64,000 nt of DNA from Flaccisagitta enflata (Eukaryota), in assembly GCA_965153355.1 (NCBI GenBank), contig OZ231126.1:43710001-43774000 (forward strand), given 5' to 3'. Positions 61,460 through 64,000 of this stretch are shown here, in pieces; the stretch's first letter is position 1, and every line of letters starts with the position of its first letter. Under the pieces are notes generated by a model. It was not told the DNA's origin and made no database searches. It saw nothing but the letters and a program-made list of their open reading frames with translations. Position numbers and translations under genes: made by a program.

Positions 61460-62457
61460 TTCTTTCTTTTTTTCCTTCTTTCTTTATTTTCCTTTCATTC
61501 TAACTTGCTTTCTCTCTTTCTTTCTTTTCCTAATTCCTCCAGTGGCCTTGATCAAGACGGTGCTGAAATCATTAAGTATGACTTACACGGTGGCGTCAAT
61601 CAACAATGGATTTTCGAGGTGAGAAAAATGAAAATCAAATGATGTGGGTTCACAATATCGTTGCGGACGGGTGGATAGGGGCATCCAACCTCCATCCACA
61701 CCCCAACCCTGACCCCACACTCAAACAGACACAAAAAGTTTCCATTTTTTGACTCAATCATCACGGCCAGACGGAAAGACAGACGGATTGACGGACTGAT
61801 GGACGGACCGACGGACGGACAAAGCCTCTTATAGAGTTGCGTGTCCGCAACTAAAAAAGGAATGAAAGTAAAGAAAAAAGAAAAGAAAGAGAAAAAAGAA
61901 AGATTCAAAGAAAAAAGAAAAAAAGAGAAAAGAAGAAAAAAGAAAAAAGAAGAAGAGAAGAAAGAAGACAGACATGCAAATCAAACAGACACAGAGAGAA
62001 AGAGTGAAAGAATGAAAAGAAGAATAGAAAGAAGAAAGAAAAGAAAGAAAGAAAGAAAGAAAAAAAGAAAGAAAGAAAGAAAGTTAGAAAGAAAGAATGA
62101 AAGAACGAAGGGAAAAGAAGAACCAACCAACCAACAAAAAACATCAAACATACAAAGAAACAAAGAAACAAACAATCAATGAGTGAGAGAAAGAAGGGTA
62201 AAACAAAAACAAACCTGCTTACAAGTAAAAAAAAAATCATATTGACACAATGACACACAAACAAACAAAAAAATATTTCATGAGTTTTTTTGTTTGTTTT
62301 TTTTCAACAGGCGAGCGACGACGGTGGTTGGGTGATCAGTTCGGCGAATGGTGGTCGCGCCATCGACGTGCCTAACTATTCTACGGATCAAGGATGCAAC
62401 TTGAATTTGTGGGAAAAGCACGGAGGCGAAAATCAAGTCTTTTACGCGGAATCATGA
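59921..62457 (+). CDS. Ricin B-type (beta-trefoil) lectin, 141 aa, no signal peptide
   Basis: Exons 59921-60016, 60883-60989, 61543-61618 and 62311-62457 give MADGSLDGQVVFLKNKCTGHVLDAG..QWERNEALHQQF..GKALDVAGG..GAEIIKYDLHGGVNQQW..GRAIDVPNYSTDQGCNLNLWEKHGGENQVF. Three QxW/QxF repeats. Confidence 0.9.
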
Positions 62458-63714
62458 GAGATATTCAGAGATTTAAGAGAACAAATATTGATACATGCTT
62501 TCATTAATCAATTTGTCAACGCCGATTCTTTCTTTTCTTATTTACTTTTATGCATTTTTTGTGGTTTTTTTTTCATGCCATTCTGGGATTCTTTGATGAT
62601 AATGATGATATCTTTTTTAATGATTTAGTCGAAGCAAAAAAATCTAAATAATATTTCAGGGAAAAGTTTTTTTGCTGATTCTGTTTGTTAAGATACGCTT
62701 ATTCTTGTTGAAAAAAAAAAACAATCACTGATATCATTTTGAATATACAGTATGATCCATCTCGACTGTAACATTTCGTGACGACATTGCTAAAAACGTA
62801 ATAGAGATAATTTGATTCTGAAAAAAATATATGAAAAGTAACTGCTTGGCATTTTATGAAAAAGCATTTCTCAGGATTTTCTACCAAATTTTAGTGCCTT
62901 TTACATAGAAGAGACTTTATGGCAAATTATACTAAAAAAGGTTATTTTTCTCTCTTTTTTTCAATAAACTGTATCCAATTGTGATTTTTTCTCATGTATG
63001 TCACAAACTAGATCAATAAGCTTTATATTTGAGACCTATCTGACATCAAAAGCCAAAAGCTATCAGAAAATTAAAGCAATGTCAAAAAAACATTTTTTTG
63101 ATAAAGTGATAAAATAGTATGTTTTGTAAAGTGTGATATTTGTTTAATTATATATTTAGGGGATTAGATATCCTTGAAAAGTCCTGGACACCTATTATCA
63201 TAAAATGCCAAACCGATACCTATCAGAGACTTTTTTCAGATTTGGATTATCTTTATTAGTTTTGGAGTTATGCCGTCATAAAATGTTACAATCGAGATGA
63301 ATCATACTGTATTTTAAATGATCACCAACGCGATCAATTTGAGCAATTCAAACAAAACCAAAAGGATTCCTTGAAAAAAATCATTGTCATTAGAAATAAG
63401 GCAGATTTTACGAAATGGCTAGCTGTTTAACCCATCTTTTGTCCTTCTCTATCAGTCAGGGTTTGCGAGGCACTTTCATTCACTTTAGGTTTTAGTTATG
63501 AATATTTTACCACTAATCATTGTTGGCAACTAAAACAATTGAGTCAAAGACGTTTGACTCGTTCAAAATTCTCACTGCAACAGGGAGCCCACGAAATGAA
63601 TGAAGTTCATTGTGCTAATTAACACCTCAACTATTAATTGATAGTAAAAACCAATCGCCCAAACACGAATGCGAACAAAGACAGTGAAATACATGATCAA
63701 CTTCATTTAAAAAA

Positions 63715-63999
63715 TCAAAGATAGATTTTCCTTTTGTTTCCAATCCGTTTTCGGCAGATATGACACAAATAAATCTTTTCCGCGCACTCGAAACACGACA
63801 AATCCCCGCATTCAAAGGCGCAGTCGATCGGCTTCTCCAAACAAATCCCACATTCCAACAACGGAGAATGATGGGACGTTTGCCGCGTGGCGACGCCCGA
63901 CGGAGACTTGGCCGACGCTTTTCTCGCCGCGGTGGACGCGGTTAATGTCGCTTCAGTCATGGCAGATTCGACCGCCGCAATCACATCCGCGACTGCTTC
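63715..63999 (-). CDS. 3' end of a RING-finger protein (C-terminal RING-HC resembling Mind bomb/IAP-type), 5' part outside the window
   Basis: CGIC-x10-CGD-x2-CFEC-x6-CHICRKRIGNKRKIYL-stop; the frame is open to the window edge. Confidence 0.8.
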   Translation of the reverse strand, partial: EAVADVIAAVESAMTEATLTASTAARKASAKSPSGVATRQTSHHSPLLECGICLEKPIDCAFECGDLSCFECAEKIYLCHICRKRIGNKRKIYL

Positions 64000-64000
64000 G

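Overview
Eukaryotic (invertebrate animal-like) AT-rich genomic DNA dominated by microsatellites and non-autonomous DNA transposons. I cannot identify the species. Most ORFs in the supplied track are artefacts of repeats. Genes reconstructed by hand from GT-AG sites and frame phase: a single-exon secreted 10-Cys protein (9259-9597, +); a large, mostly disordered multi-exon protein (20405-47947, +); a 4-TM PMP22/claudin-like gene (50814-54620, +) that may be the 3' end of the large gene; a 4-exon ricin-B lectin (59921-62457, +); and a truncated C-terminal RING protein (63715-63999, -). There are also two poorly resolved minus-strand small-exon loci and a truncated ORF at the left edge. The most striking structure is a 14.1-kb nest in intron 1 of the large gene. 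A TA-flanked MITE holds a ~6.75-kb element with CAC(T/C)ATG ends (Transib/RAG-like, 5-bp TSD), and a second copy of that element has inserted into it in reverse orientation (TSD CATAT), giving an A-B-A'-B' arrangement. Also notable: a Harbinger-like MITE with two divergent tRNA-like cassettes, DINE-1/HINE-like elements carrying expanded satellites, and a HINE>SINE>MITE nest.
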